Shown here: positions 38,491 through 47,340 of the stretch, in pieces
Numbering within the stretch: position 1 is the first letter of the stretch
How the letters are laid out: each line of letters starts with the position of its first letter
Origin: Planctomycetota bacterium
GTDB taxonomy: Bacteria > Planctomycetota > UBA1135 > UBA2386
Assembly (NCBI GenBank): GCA_965228735.1
Contig: OZ245838.1
Location: 5,664,001 to 5,728,000, forward strand
DNA length: 64,000 nt
Reading direction: 5' to 3'
Program-made: the position numbers and the translations under genes
The notes under the pieces: generated by a model
The model's input: the letters and a program-made list of their open reading frames with translations, nothing else
The model's database searches: none
Told to the model about the DNA's origin: nothing

Positions 38491-39594
38491 ATGATTGCGT
38501 CCTCCCCGGATCCGTTCCGCCGTGCGCTGGCGATCTCGCCGTTCCTCGTCGTCGGACTGCTCGCGCAGCAGCCGGCCGGCCTGCTCGCCGGCATGCCGCC
38601 CACCGGCGTGCAACTGACGGCGCTCGCGATCGCGGGCGGCGCCGAGATGATGGCGCGCATCCCCGGCGAGACCTATCGCGGGATCGGTGAGTTCGTCTCG
38701 CCGGCTTCGCACCGGATTCGCGGCGTCGTGGTGCATCTGCGCGACGCGACGCCCGTGGACGGCGAGAGCTTCGATCTGCACGTCTACCTCGAGCAGGGGC
38801 TCAGCAATCGCCCGACGATCACCGGAACGCAGTCGCCGGGCACGACCGCGGTGGTCAGCGTGACGGATCTCGCGACGCCCCCCGGGCTGACGGAGCACCG
38901 TGTCGAGGTCGTGTTCGCCGCGCCGCTCGACGTGCCGATCGGCAGCGATCTGTTCATCGGCATCGTGCCCGACTCGTCGAACCTCGCGCTGCGGGTGCTC
39001 GGCGGCACGAGCGTGCCCAATGTCCTGTCGAGCGCGTTCGACGCATGCGGCCCGGCGCTCCCCCTCGGCGTGAGCTACGTGCTGCTGCACGATGCGCCGG
39101 TGCTGGAAGAACTGACCTCGGGCACGATCGGCTGGCAGGGGATGGTCGACGTGCTCGTCGACGGCCCGAGCGGGGTCGGCACGTCGCAGATCGACGGCAG
39201 CGGCGTCGCGACGGCGAGCCTGTTCTCCGGCGTGCACCCGGACGTCGCCGACCCGTCGCACCACACGGCGCGGCACGACGTCCCAGGGTATCGGTTCTAC
39301 GGCAACGGCACGGTGCCGGCGGCGTCGCTCGTCCTGCTGATCGGCTCGAGTGAACCGTTCGCGGGCGGCCCGTTCCTCGTCATCCAGCCGGGCAACGCGG
39401 TGCTGCACGTGCGCGCGGCGGGGGCGTTCGTGCTCGCGGCGGCGATCACGGATCCGAGCGGCGAGGCCGAAATGCCGTGGCCCGTTCCACAGGCGCCCGC
39501 ACTGCGCGGGCTCGACGTGACGACGCAGGCGTTCGCGTTCGACGTCGGTGCGGGTGAGGTGCGGGCCGGGGCGGCGGTGCGGCAGCGCTTCTGA
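38491..39594 (+). CDS. Secreted hypothetical protein with a divergent copy of the shared C-terminal module
   Basis: Signal-like ..FLVVGLLAQ. C-terminus TDPSGEAEMPWPVPQAPALRGLDVTTQAFAFD. Confidence 0.7.
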   Translation: MIASSPDPFRRALAISPFLVVGLLAQQPAGLLAGMPPTGVQLTALAIAGGAEMMARIPGETYRGIGEFVSPASHRIRGVVVHLRDATPVDGESFDLHVYLEQGLSNRPTITGTQSPGTTAVVSVTDLATPPGLTEHRVEVVFAAPLDVPIGSDLFIGIVPDSSNLALRVLGGTSVPNVLSSAFDACGPALPLGVSYVLLHDAPVLEELTSGTIGWQGMVDVLVDGPSGVGTSQIDGSGVATASLFSGVHPDVADPSHHTARHDVPGYRFYGNGTVPAASLVLLIGSSEPFAGGPFLVIQPGNAVLHVRAAGAFVLAAAITDPSGEAEMPWPVPQAPALRGLDVTTQAFAFDVGAGEVRAGAAVRQRF

Positions 39595-39629
39595 GCAAGG
39601 TTGCCCGCTTCGCGGGCAAACTTGCTCAG
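39591..39629. terminator. Long hairpin overlapping the upstream stop codon
   Basis: ctgagcaaggttgcccgc-ttc-gcgggcaaacttgctcag, an 18-bp stem with 1 mismatch. Confidence 0.55.
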
Positions 39630-39836
39630 GACCTCGCCGCGCTCCTGCGGAGCGCCGCTTCGGTTCTGAGGCGGACAGCGGCCGCGGGTGTCTGGGCCAT
39701 GGCACGGGCGCCTTGGCGAACGGGCAGCGGAGTCGGTTTTTCTGGCGGTCGGCAGCGGACTCTGCCGCTGCGGCGAACGGGGCGGCCTGGCCAGGCAGCC
39801 TTCCCGTTCTTGCCGACTCTCACACCCGTCCCCGAA

Positions 39837-42800
39837 ATGTCCGACCGCCTTCGTTCTCTCGTCCTCCGCTCGATCACCGCGTCCATTGCGCTGGCAGCCG
39901 CTGCCGGCGCGCAGACGCCGCTCAGCGGCGCCCTGACCGGGACCCTGGCCGCCGGGGTCTACACGGCCGCGGCCAACATCAGCGTTCCGGCCGGCCAGAC
40001 CCTCACGCTGTCCCCTGGCGTGATCGTCAAGTTCGTGGGAGCCCGCCAGTTCGTCGTCGACGGCACGCTGGTTAGCAACGGCACGGCCGGCAGCCCGGTG
40101 ATCTTCACCGACGACGCCGATGACTCTGCGGGTGGTGACACCAACGGCAACGGTCCGAGCGTCGGTTCACCGGGCGCGTGGTACAACATCGTGTTCCGGA
40201 GCGGCGCCGGCGCGTCCACGCTGAACTACACGGAGGTGCGTTTTGCGGGCGCGTCCAACTTCGCGGCGGTCGACCTGCAGAGCGCGGACATCACGCTGAC
40301 GAACAGCACGGTGCGCGACTGCTCGGCGCGGGCGCTGTGGCTGCGCAGCAACTCGTGGCCGACCGTCGACAACTGCGCGATGCTCGACAACGGCGGTTAT
40401 GCGTTCGATGCCGTGCCGATCTCCGCCGTGCCGGGTTTCACCGGCAACACGGCGACCGGCAATCAGATCGATGCGCTGCGCATCTCGACGGGCGCGGTCA
40501 CCGGCAACCTGACGCTGGGTCTGGCCTCGATGGTGGACGGGGCGTTCCTCGTCGGCACCAACATCACGGTCAGTCCGGGCGCGACCCTGACCTTGCCGGC
40601 GGGCGCGGTGATCAAGTGGAACGGCGCGCGCCAGTTGCTCGTGCGCGGCACGCTCGATTGCCAGGGCACGGCCGGCAACCCGGTGGTGCTCACGGACGAT
40701 CACGACGACAGCGTCGGCGGCGACACCTTGAAGGATGGCGTGACCGCGGGTGCGCCCGGCGCCTGGTACAACGTCGTCTTCGACGCCCAGCAGACCGGCA
40801 GCACGCTGCATCACACCGAGGTGCGGTTCGCGGGCGCCTCGAACTTCAACGGGTTCGACATCCAGAACACCGCGCCGACGTTCGTGAACTGCGTGGTGCG
40901 AAACTGCAACAGCGGTGCGTTCTACCTGCGCAGCAACTCGGCGCCGTCGATCACCGGCTGCGTTGCGCAGGACAACGGTGGCCGCGCGTTCGACGCCGTC
41001 CCGCTCTACGCCGTCCCCGGCATCGTCAACAACACCGCGACGGGCAACGGCCTCGACGTGATGCGGATCACGACCGCGACGCTGACGAGCAACCTCACGC
41101 TCGAACCGGCCTCGATGGTCGGCGGCGCGTTCCACTTCGCGACGAACCTGACCGTCGGGGCCGGGGTGACGCTGACGTTGAAGCCGGGAGTGATCTGCAA
41201 GTGGATCGGTGCGCGCCAACTGCTGGTGAACGGCACGTTGCGCAGCGAGGGAACCGCCGCGGCGCCCGTGATCCTCACGGACGACGACGACGACACCGCG
41301 GCTGGCGACACCAACAAGAACGGCGCGAGCAGCGGCGCCGTGGGCGCGTGGTACAACGTCGTTTTCAGCAGCAGCCAGGCGGCCAGCGAGCTGGACTTCA
41401 CCGAGGTGCGCTACGCCGGCGCATCCAACTTCCCCGGCGTGGCTTGTCAATCGACCGACCCCGTGCTGCGGGATTGCACCGTGCGCGACTGCAACCGCGA
41501 CGGGATCGGGTTCACGGGCGCCGCGTACGCGACCGTTCACGATTGCCACCTGATCGACAACGGTGGCACGGGCATCGCCGGGCTGCGGCTCGACGCGGTG
41601 CCCGGGCTCGTCAACAACTCGTGCGCCGGCAACGGCATCGACTGTGTCCGGATCACGAGCGCGACCGTGACCACGAACGTCCGCATCGGGACCCACTCGA
41701 TGCCGGCCGGTGCGTTCCTGCTCAGCGCCAACCTCGACGTTCGACCCACCGGGGAACTCACCGTCGAGCAGGGCGTGGTGTTCAAGCTCGTCGGCGCGCG
41801 CCAGGTGCTGCTGCAAGGCCGCTCGCGGTTGCTCGGCACCGCCTTCGAGCCGGTCGTATTCACCGATGACGCCGATGACTCGGTGGCGGGGGACAGCAAC
41901 GGGGATGGGCCGAGCACGGGCTCGCCGGGCGCGTTCTACAACCTGCACCTGCCCGACACGGGTGAGCTGCGGCGAATCGAGAACGTCGTCGTGCGGTTCG
42001 CCGGGGCGTCGAACTTCCCGGCGGTCAACGCGGACGGCGCGGCGATCTTCCTGCGCTCGGTGCGCGTCGACGACGCCGTGGCGCGCGGGTTCGAACTGCG
42101 CGATCTGGCGCCGCCGCAGACCAACCTCGTGGCCTGGAGCTGCGGCGGTGATGGCGTCTACTGCACCGCGGGCGACTTCAACATCGTGCATGCGACCGTC
42201 GCGGACTGCGGCGGCGACGGCATCGAGGCTGCCGCCGCCTGGACCGGTCTCGTGATGAACAGCAACGTCTGGAACAGCGCGGGCAACAACTTCGCAGGGC
42301 TCGCGGCCGGGCGGGTGCTCCGCAGCAACGGCGGGCTCGTGGGCAGCGGCGGCAACATCGACCTCGACCCGCAGTTCGTCGATCCTCAGAACGGCGATCT
42401 GCGGCTAGGGGCGGGCTCGCCGTGCCTCGGCGCCGCGGATCTCGGCACCGCGCAGTTCGTCGCGCGCGACTTCGACGAGAACTCGCGCATCCTCGACCAC
42501 GCGCTCGGCGGCGTCGCCGCGCCGGACATGGGCGCGTTCGAACGCGGGAACTGGGACATGGAGGTCGCCAACACGCCGCGCCCGGGCGAGACCGTGTTCC
42601 TCACCGTCCAGGGGCAGCCCGGCACGTCGTTCCTCGGCTTCGGTCTCAACGAGGCGTCCGTGCTCGTGCAGCCCTACGGCGTGCTGCTCACGGGCTCGCT
42701 GACGACCACGGCACTCGCGTTCACGTTCCCGATCCCGGTCGGGCAGCCGATCCCGCTCACGGTGCCGAACGACCCGACGATCGCGGGCATGGCCATCGGG

Positions 42801-42881
42801 TTGCAGACCCTGAACTTCCCGCTCGGGAATCTCGCGGTCGGCAACTTCGGGCCGCGCTATCGCGCGCTCGTGCGGCCGTGA
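39837..42881 (+). CDS. Secreted right-handed beta-helix repeat protein (4 x ~195 aa) with the shared C-terminal module
   Basis: Signal ..AAAAGAQ. Four copies of GT..PVIFTDDADD..GGDTN..GAWYN..EVRFAGASNF. DPQFVD..GDLRL..SPC..PDMGAFE. Tail VPNDPTIAG..LQ. Confidence 0.88.
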   Translation: MSDRLRSLVLRSITASIALAAAAGAQTPLSGALTGTLAAGVYTAAANISVPAGQTLTLSPGVIVKFVGARQFVVDGTLVSNGTAGSPVIFTDDADDSAGGDTNGNGPSVGSPGAWYNIVFRSGAGASTLNYTEVRFAGASNFAAVDLQSADITLTNSTVRDCSARALWLRSNSWPTVDNCAMLDNGGYAFDAVPISAVPGFTGNTATGNQIDALRISTGAVTGNLTLGLASMVDGAFLVGTNITVSPGATLTLPAGAVIKWNGARQLLVRGTLDCQGTAGNPVVLTDDHDDSVGGDTLKDGVTAGAPGAWYNVVFDAQQTGSTLHHTEVRFAGASNFNGFDIQNTAPTFVNCVVRNCNSGAFYLRSNSAPSITGCVAQDNGGRAFDAVPLYAVPGIVNNTATGNGLDVMRITTATLTSNLTLEPASMVGGAFHFATNLTVGAGVTLTLKPGVICKWIGARQLLVNGTLRSEGTAAAPVILTDDDDDTAAGDTNKNGASSGAVGAWYNVVFSSSQAASELDFTEVRYAGASNFPGVACQSTDPVLRDCTVRDCNRDGIGFTGAAYATVHDCHLIDNGGTGIAGLRLDAVPGLVNNSCAGNGIDCVRITSATVTTNVRIGTHSMPAGAFLLSANLDVRPTGELTVEQGVVFKLVGARQVLLQGRSRLLGTAFEPVVFTDDADDSVAGDSNGDGPSTGSPGAFYNLHLPDTGELRRIENVVVRFAGASNFPAVNADGAAIFLRSVRVDDAVARGFELRDLAPPQTNLVAWSCGGDGVYCTAGDFNIVHATVADCGGDGIEAAAAWTGLVMNSNVWNSAGNNFAGLAAGRVLRSNGGLVGSGGNIDLDPQFVDPQNGDLRLGAGSPCLGAADLGTAQFVARDFDENSRILDHALGGVAAPDMGAFERGNWDMEVANTPRPGETVFLTVQGQPGTSFLGFGLNEASVLVQPYGVLLTGSLTTTALAFTFPIPVGQPIPLTVPNDPTIAGMAIGLQTLNFPLGNLAVGNFGPRYRALVRP

Positions 42882-42973
42882 GTGCGGCGCTCGCGGCAGC
42901 CGCGCGAACGAAGTTCAGAAAGCGTTGAGGGGGCCACGGAGTGCTGGCGCACTTCCTGGCCCCTTCCTGCATC

Positions 42974-44032
42974 ATGAACTCACACTCTCGCCGAAATCTC
43001 GCCGCTGCCCCGCGAATCCTAGCCCTGCCCGCCCTCGTCCTGTTGGGGGTGGCCAGCCCGCGTCTGTTGCCCGCGCAGGCGTGCCTGCACTACCCGGCCG
43101 ACACGCCGGCTCTCGGCGCACCCGATCCGCGGCCGTTCGGGAACGGGGTTCCCAACGACCCGGCCTACGGGACGATGCGCTACCAGATGCAGATCCCGAC
43201 ATCCGTCCTCGGGAATCAGCCGCTCGACATCGTCGAGGTGTGCGCCGCGCCGGCCGGGTCCTATTCCCGGACCTACACGGAGATCCAGCTGCGGGTCGGC
43301 CACAACCCCAATCCGCTCACGGGCTCGATGGGGTCGAACACCGTCGGGTTCACGTCGCGGCCGCTGCAGCACAACAACATCACGTTCGACACGACCGCGG
43401 ATCAGTGGTTGCCGCTCGGTCTGGCGTTTCCGTTCCGCTACGACCCGGCGAACGGAATGCTCGTGATCGAGTTCTTCGTGCGTCACGCCGAGGCCTCGAC
43501 CGGTTCGGGCGACACCGGGTTCCGGACCGACGCTTCGATCCCGTTCGTGTGGCGTTCCGGGAGCGGCTACAACAACGCCAACGTCGAGGCCGGCGGCGGC
43601 ATCAAGCTCAAGTTCTGCACGGACACGAACAACACCATCATCTACGGTGAGGGCGGCTGTCCGGGCAGCAACGGTCTGCGCCCGACGCTCGGCTACAGTG
43701 GCTCGTCGATGCTCGGCGCGACGCTCGATATCGAGGTCGCGGACGGACCCCCGGGGCCCGCGACCCTCACGGTGCTCGTGTTCAGCTTCCGGCCGCGGAC
43801 GGGACCGTTCGACCTCGGCGGTTTCGGAGCGCCGGGCTGCAGCGCGTACCTCTACGACGACGTCGTCAGCTGGATGGTGACGAGCGGCGGGTCGGAGACC
43901 GTCTCGCTGCCGCTGGCGCCCACGCTCGCGCCCGGGCTGCCGCTGTGGAACCAGTGGTTCTTCTTCGATCCGCCGGCGAACGCTCTCGGGCTCAGCGGCT
44001 CCAACTTCGGCCGCTTCCTGATCGGGAACTGA
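42974..44032 (+). CDS. Secreted two-domain protein with the shared C-terminal module
   Basis: Signal ..RLLPAQ. RYQMQIP..TTADQWLPLGLAFPFRY domain. Tail YGEGGCPG..GAPGC..QWFFFDPPANALG. Confidence 0.85.
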   Translation: MNSHSRRNLAAAPRILALPALVLLGVASPRLLPAQACLHYPADTPALGAPDPRPFGNGVPNDPAYGTMRYQMQIPTSVLGNQPLDIVEVCAAPAGSYSRTYTEIQLRVGHNPNPLTGSMGSNTVGFTSRPLQHNNITFDTTADQWLPLGLAFPFRYDPANGMLVIEFFVRHAEASTGSGDTGFRTDASIPFVWRSGSGYNNANVEAGGGIKLKFCTDTNNTIIYGEGGCPGSNGLRPTLGYSGSSMLGATLDIEVADGPPGPATLTVLVFSFRPRTGPFDLGGFGAPGCSAYLYDDVVSWMVTSGGSETVSLPLAPTLAPGLPLWNQWFFFDPPANALGLSGSNFGRFLIGN

Positions 44033-44065
44033 TCCCGCCGGCCGGGCGACCGGAGCGCGCTACAC

Positions 44066-46633
44066 CTATTCGAACACCGCGCGTACGGGGCGGACACCGA
44101 CGCGCGACATGCGACGGAACGGCGCCAGCGCGTTCCGGGATGCGACGCGGCTCAGGTGCGCCCGTTCGGCAAAGTCACCGCCGCGGTGCATCCGCAGCGT
44201 TGGCGGGTCGTCCTCGGCGATGGGCTCGCGCAGCGCATCTCCCGGGCGCGCGGGGCGCAGGTAGGACACGAGCCAGTCGCGGCACCACTCCGACACGTTG
44301 CCGTGAACGTCGAACAGGCCCCAGGCGTTGGGGCGAAACGTGCCGACCGGCGCGGTGTGCGGATAGCCGTCGTCGAGGCCGGGTTCGATCGGATTGCCGT
44401 TCACCCCGATCGAGCTCCTGTCGCAGAGGTTGGCGAACCCCTGCAGGTCCGCGATCGCGTTGCCACACGCCCAGATCGACCGGGTGCCGGCGCGCGCGAA
44501 GTACTCCCACTGCGCCTCGGTCGGCAGCTGCAGTCGGCGGCGCGCCAGGTGCTGGGTCGCGGTGAGCCAGGAGACCTGCTCGACCGGGTGAGACAGGTCG
44601 ACGTCACCGCGACTCGTCGCGCGTGACGTGAAGCTCGGCCGTTCGCCCGTCAGGCGCAGCCATTGCCCCTGGGTGCACTCGAACTTGCTCACGAAGAACG
44701 CGGCCAGCCGCAGCTCGTGAACGAAGCGCTCCATCGGCGCGGCGCCGGGGTCGATCGGGGCTTCGCCGGAGTGTTCGTCACGGCGCTCGAGAGCGCCCAT
44801 GACGAAGTCGCCAGCCGGCACGAGCACGAACACCATGCCCGACTCGGGCCCGATCTCGACGTCGCGCAGCTTGCCCGCCTCGTCGAGCGTGACGGCCGGT
44901 CGCGCCCCGCTCTCCGGATGCCAGAACTCCCACAGGCCGCTCGCCCGGTCGATGCCGAGCGGGACGAGACCCATCTGCAGCCCCGGCAGCACGAGGCCAT
45001 CGTACGCGGGACAGATCGCGCGGTCGGCGATCGCCGCAAGGGCCGTCGCCCAGAGGTCACCCTCACCGCACAGTCGTGCGATGCGCTCGGCCTCGGCCCG
45101 GCGCGCTCGGATACCGGCGAGGTTGTCGGGTCGGGCGGCGGGGGCCGCCAGCTGCTCGAGCCCGTCGATGAGCCGGGTCATCACCTCGCGCTGATAATCG
45201 AGCTCGTCGCGCCGCGTCGGATCCGTCGCGACAGTGAGCCGGGCGCGCAGGTCGGCCGCCCTGCTGCGGAGGTCGTCACGGCGGGCAAGGAGCGCGTTCG
45301 CGCGGCGCTCCCACTGGCGCATCGCCGGGATCTGCTCGGGCCATGGCGGCCACAGCTCGTCGGCGGCTTCCTGGCGCAGGTCGACGAGTCGCTTGTCGTC
45401 GACCAGGCGGCGGAAGTCCTGCCAGTTCGTGTTCGCCTGGTTCCAGAGGTGGAGGACGACCACGAGACCGGTCACGAGCAGCACGAGCCCGACCGCGGAA
45501 GCCGCCGCGCCCACGCGATGCCGCTGCAAGAACCGTCGGGTGACGTAGGTCCATGTCGGCGGCCGGGCGGCGACCGGCTCGTGGCGCCGGGCCCGCGCGA
45601 CATCGGCCTGCAGCTCGAGCACGGTGCCGTAGCGGCGATCCGGCTCGATGGCGAGCGCGCGCAGCGTGACCCAGTCGAGATCGAGGGGGGTGCCGGGGCG
45701 GACTCGGGAGGGGCGCTCTGGCACCGTGTGCCACGCCGCGGTCTCCGACGCCGAGGCCCGACTGCGCGGCAGCGTGTCCGTGAGCAACTCGTACAGGATC
45801 ACGCCGAGCGCGTAGACGTCACTGCGGGCATCGGCGCTGCCGGCGTCGAACGCTTGTTCCGGGCTCATGTAGCCGGCCGTGCCCATGGCGGCATCCGCCC
45901 CGGTATGCATCGTGTCGCCGTCGTCGCGATCGAGGAACCGCGCGATGCCGAAGTCGATGATCCGTGGCTCGGGGCCGTCGTCGCCGGCCGTGACGAGCAC
46001 GTTGGATGGCTTGAGATCGCGGTGGATGATGCCCTTGCCGTGCGCGTGCTGTACTGCGTCGCAGAGATCGTCGAAAAGGTCGAGCCGGGTGGCCAGCGTC
46101 GGCATCTCGCTCTGCAGCCAGCGGTGCATCGGCAGGCCGTCGACGAGGTCCATCGCGAGATAGGGCCGCCCGTCCTCGAGGTGGCCGCCGTCCAGCACGC
46201 GCGCGATGCACCGATGCTGCAGTCGCGCCAACGCCCGGTGCTCGGCCTGGAACCGCGCGCGCCCGACGGCGGTCAGCGCGGTGCTCTTCAAGACCTTGAT
46301 CGCGACCTGGCGGCGCACGGGTTCGAGTTGCTCGGCGCGATACACGCGCCCCATCGCGCCTTCGCCGAGTTCGCGATCGATACGGAACGGCGGCACGTGC
46401 GGGACGAGGTCGAGATCGCGGTTCGCCGGCAGAGGCGATCGGAACGCGGTCTGGGTTTCCTCGGCGTCCGCCTCGACGAGCGCGAGGACCTCCGCGCGAA
46501 CGCTGCTGTCGACGGTCGTCGTTGCGTCCGTGTCGCCCGAGTACGTGCGGACGAACGCATCACGCTCGGGGGCGGGCAGTCCGAGCGCACGGTGGAACAG
46601 GTCGGCGATGAGGTCCGCGCGGCGGCGTGGCAC
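44066..46633 (-). CDS. Hanks-type Ser/Thr kinase, TM helix, coiled coil and formylglycine-generating-enzyme (SUMF1/FGE-like) domain
   Basis: GEGAMGRVY, VAIKV, HRDLKPSN, DFG, GTAGYMSPEQ. FGE motifs PVEQVSW, LPTEAQWEY, PNAWGLFDVHGNVSEWC. Confidence 0.93.
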   Translation of the reverse strand: MPRRRADLIADLFHRALGLPAPERDAFVRTYSGDTDATTTVDSSVRAEVLALVEADAEETQTAFRSPLPANRDLDLVPHVPPFRIDRELGEGAMGRVYRAEQLEPVRRQVAIKVLKSTALTAVGRARFQAEHRALARLQHRCIARVLDGGHLEDGRPYLAMDLVDGLPMHRWLQSEMPTLATRLDLFDDLCDAVQHAHGKGIIHRDLKPSNVLVTAGDDGPEPRIIDFGIARFLDRDDGDTMHTGADAAMGTAGYMSPEQAFDAGSADARSDVYALGVILYELLTDTLPRSRASASETAAWHTVPERPSRVRPGTPLDLDWVTLRALAIEPDRRYGTVLELQADVARARRHEPVAARPPTWTYVTRRFLQRHRVGAAASAVGLVLLVTGLVVVLHLWNQANTNWQDFRRLVDDKRLVDLRQEAADELWPPWPEQIPAMRQWERRANALLARRDDLRSRAADLRARLTVATDPTRRDELDYQREVMTRLIDGLEQLAAPAARPDNLAGIRARRAEAERIARLCGEGDLWATALAAIADRAICPAYDGLVLPGLQMGLVPLGIDRASGLWEFWHPESGARPAVTLDEAGKLRDVEIGPESGMVFVLVPAGDFVMGALERRDEHSGEAPIDPGAAPMERFVHELRLAAFFVSKFECTQGQWLRLTGERPSFTSRATSRGDVDLSHPVEQVSWLTATQHLARRRLQLPTEAQWEYFARAGTRSIWACGNAIADLQGFANLCDRSSIGVNGNPIEPGLDDGYPHTAPVGTFRPNAWGLFDVHGNVSEWCRDWLVSYLRPARPGDALREPIAEDDPPTLRMHRGGDFAERAHLSRVASRNALAPFRRMSRVGVRPVRAVFE

Positions 46634-46650
46634 AATGCCAGCATATCGCG

Positions 46651-47208
46651 ATGGCCGGACGGGATCTCACGGAGCTGTTGAACGGGGCGGTCGGTGGCGA
46701 TGACGCTGCCGCGGATGAGCTGCTGCTGGCGATCTACGACCAGCTGCGTTCCATGGCGCGTGGCCATGTCGCGAACGAATCGCCGACCGTCGAGCCGACG
46801 GCGCTCGTGCACGAAGCCTGGATGCGGCTCGGCCGGACCGGGGCCGAGTGGCGCCACCGCGGTCACTTCTTCGCTGCGGCGGCACAGGCGATGCGCCGCA
46901 TTCTCGTCGAGCACGCGCGCCGGCGTTCGGCGGCGAAGCGCGGCGGCGGTGCGCGGCAGGTCGGGGTCGAATCGCTCGCCATCGAGATGCCCGACCCGGC
47001 CTGGATCCTCGATCTCGACCAGGCACTCTCCGACCTCGCGGTCGATTACCCGCGCGAGGCGCAGGTCGTCGCGCTGCGCTACTTCGGTGGCCTGGCCGTC
47101 GCCGAGGTCGCGGCGGCGCTCGACGTCTCGGTCGGAACCGTGGAACGGGACTGGCGGCTGGCGCGGGCGCGGCTGTCGCAGCGTTTGCAGCTCGGCGAGG
47201 ATCCGTGA
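46651..47208 (+). CDS. Kinase-associated ECF sigma factor (TIGR02999 / Sigma70_ECF type)
   Basis: IYDQLRSMA..EPTALVHEAWMRL..RGHFFAAAAQAMRRILVEHARRRSAAKRGGG..LRYFGGL..TVERDWRLARARL. Confidence 0.93.
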   Translation: MAGRDLTELLNGAVGGDDAAADELLLAIYDQLRSMARGHVANESPTVEPTALVHEAWMRLGRTGAEWRHRGHFFAAAAQAMRRILVEHARRRSAAKRGGGARQVGVESLAIEMPDPAWILDLDQALSDLAVDYPREAQVVALRYFGGLAVAEVAAALDVSVGTVERDWRLARARLSQRLQLGEDP

Positions 47209-47340
47209 CTACGCCCTTCGCGTCGAGCGCGTCGCGGGAGGCGCGAGTGTCCTCCATCTGATGCAGCTCGACGAGCAGAACGTCGTCTTGATGCGCCACG
47301 TACGTCGTGGCGCAGGGCGGCGGTGCGGCAGCGCCTCCGA

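Noticed and set aside
44066..44700. FGE/C-type-lectin-fold domain as a possible diversity-generating retroelement target
   Set aside because: No reverse transcriptase and no template-repeat copy of the 3' region is visible in the window.
47209..47340. Short minus-strand stretch (..YVAHQDDVLLVELHQMEDTR..) as a gene remnant
   Set aside because: It has no credible start and no recognisable homology.
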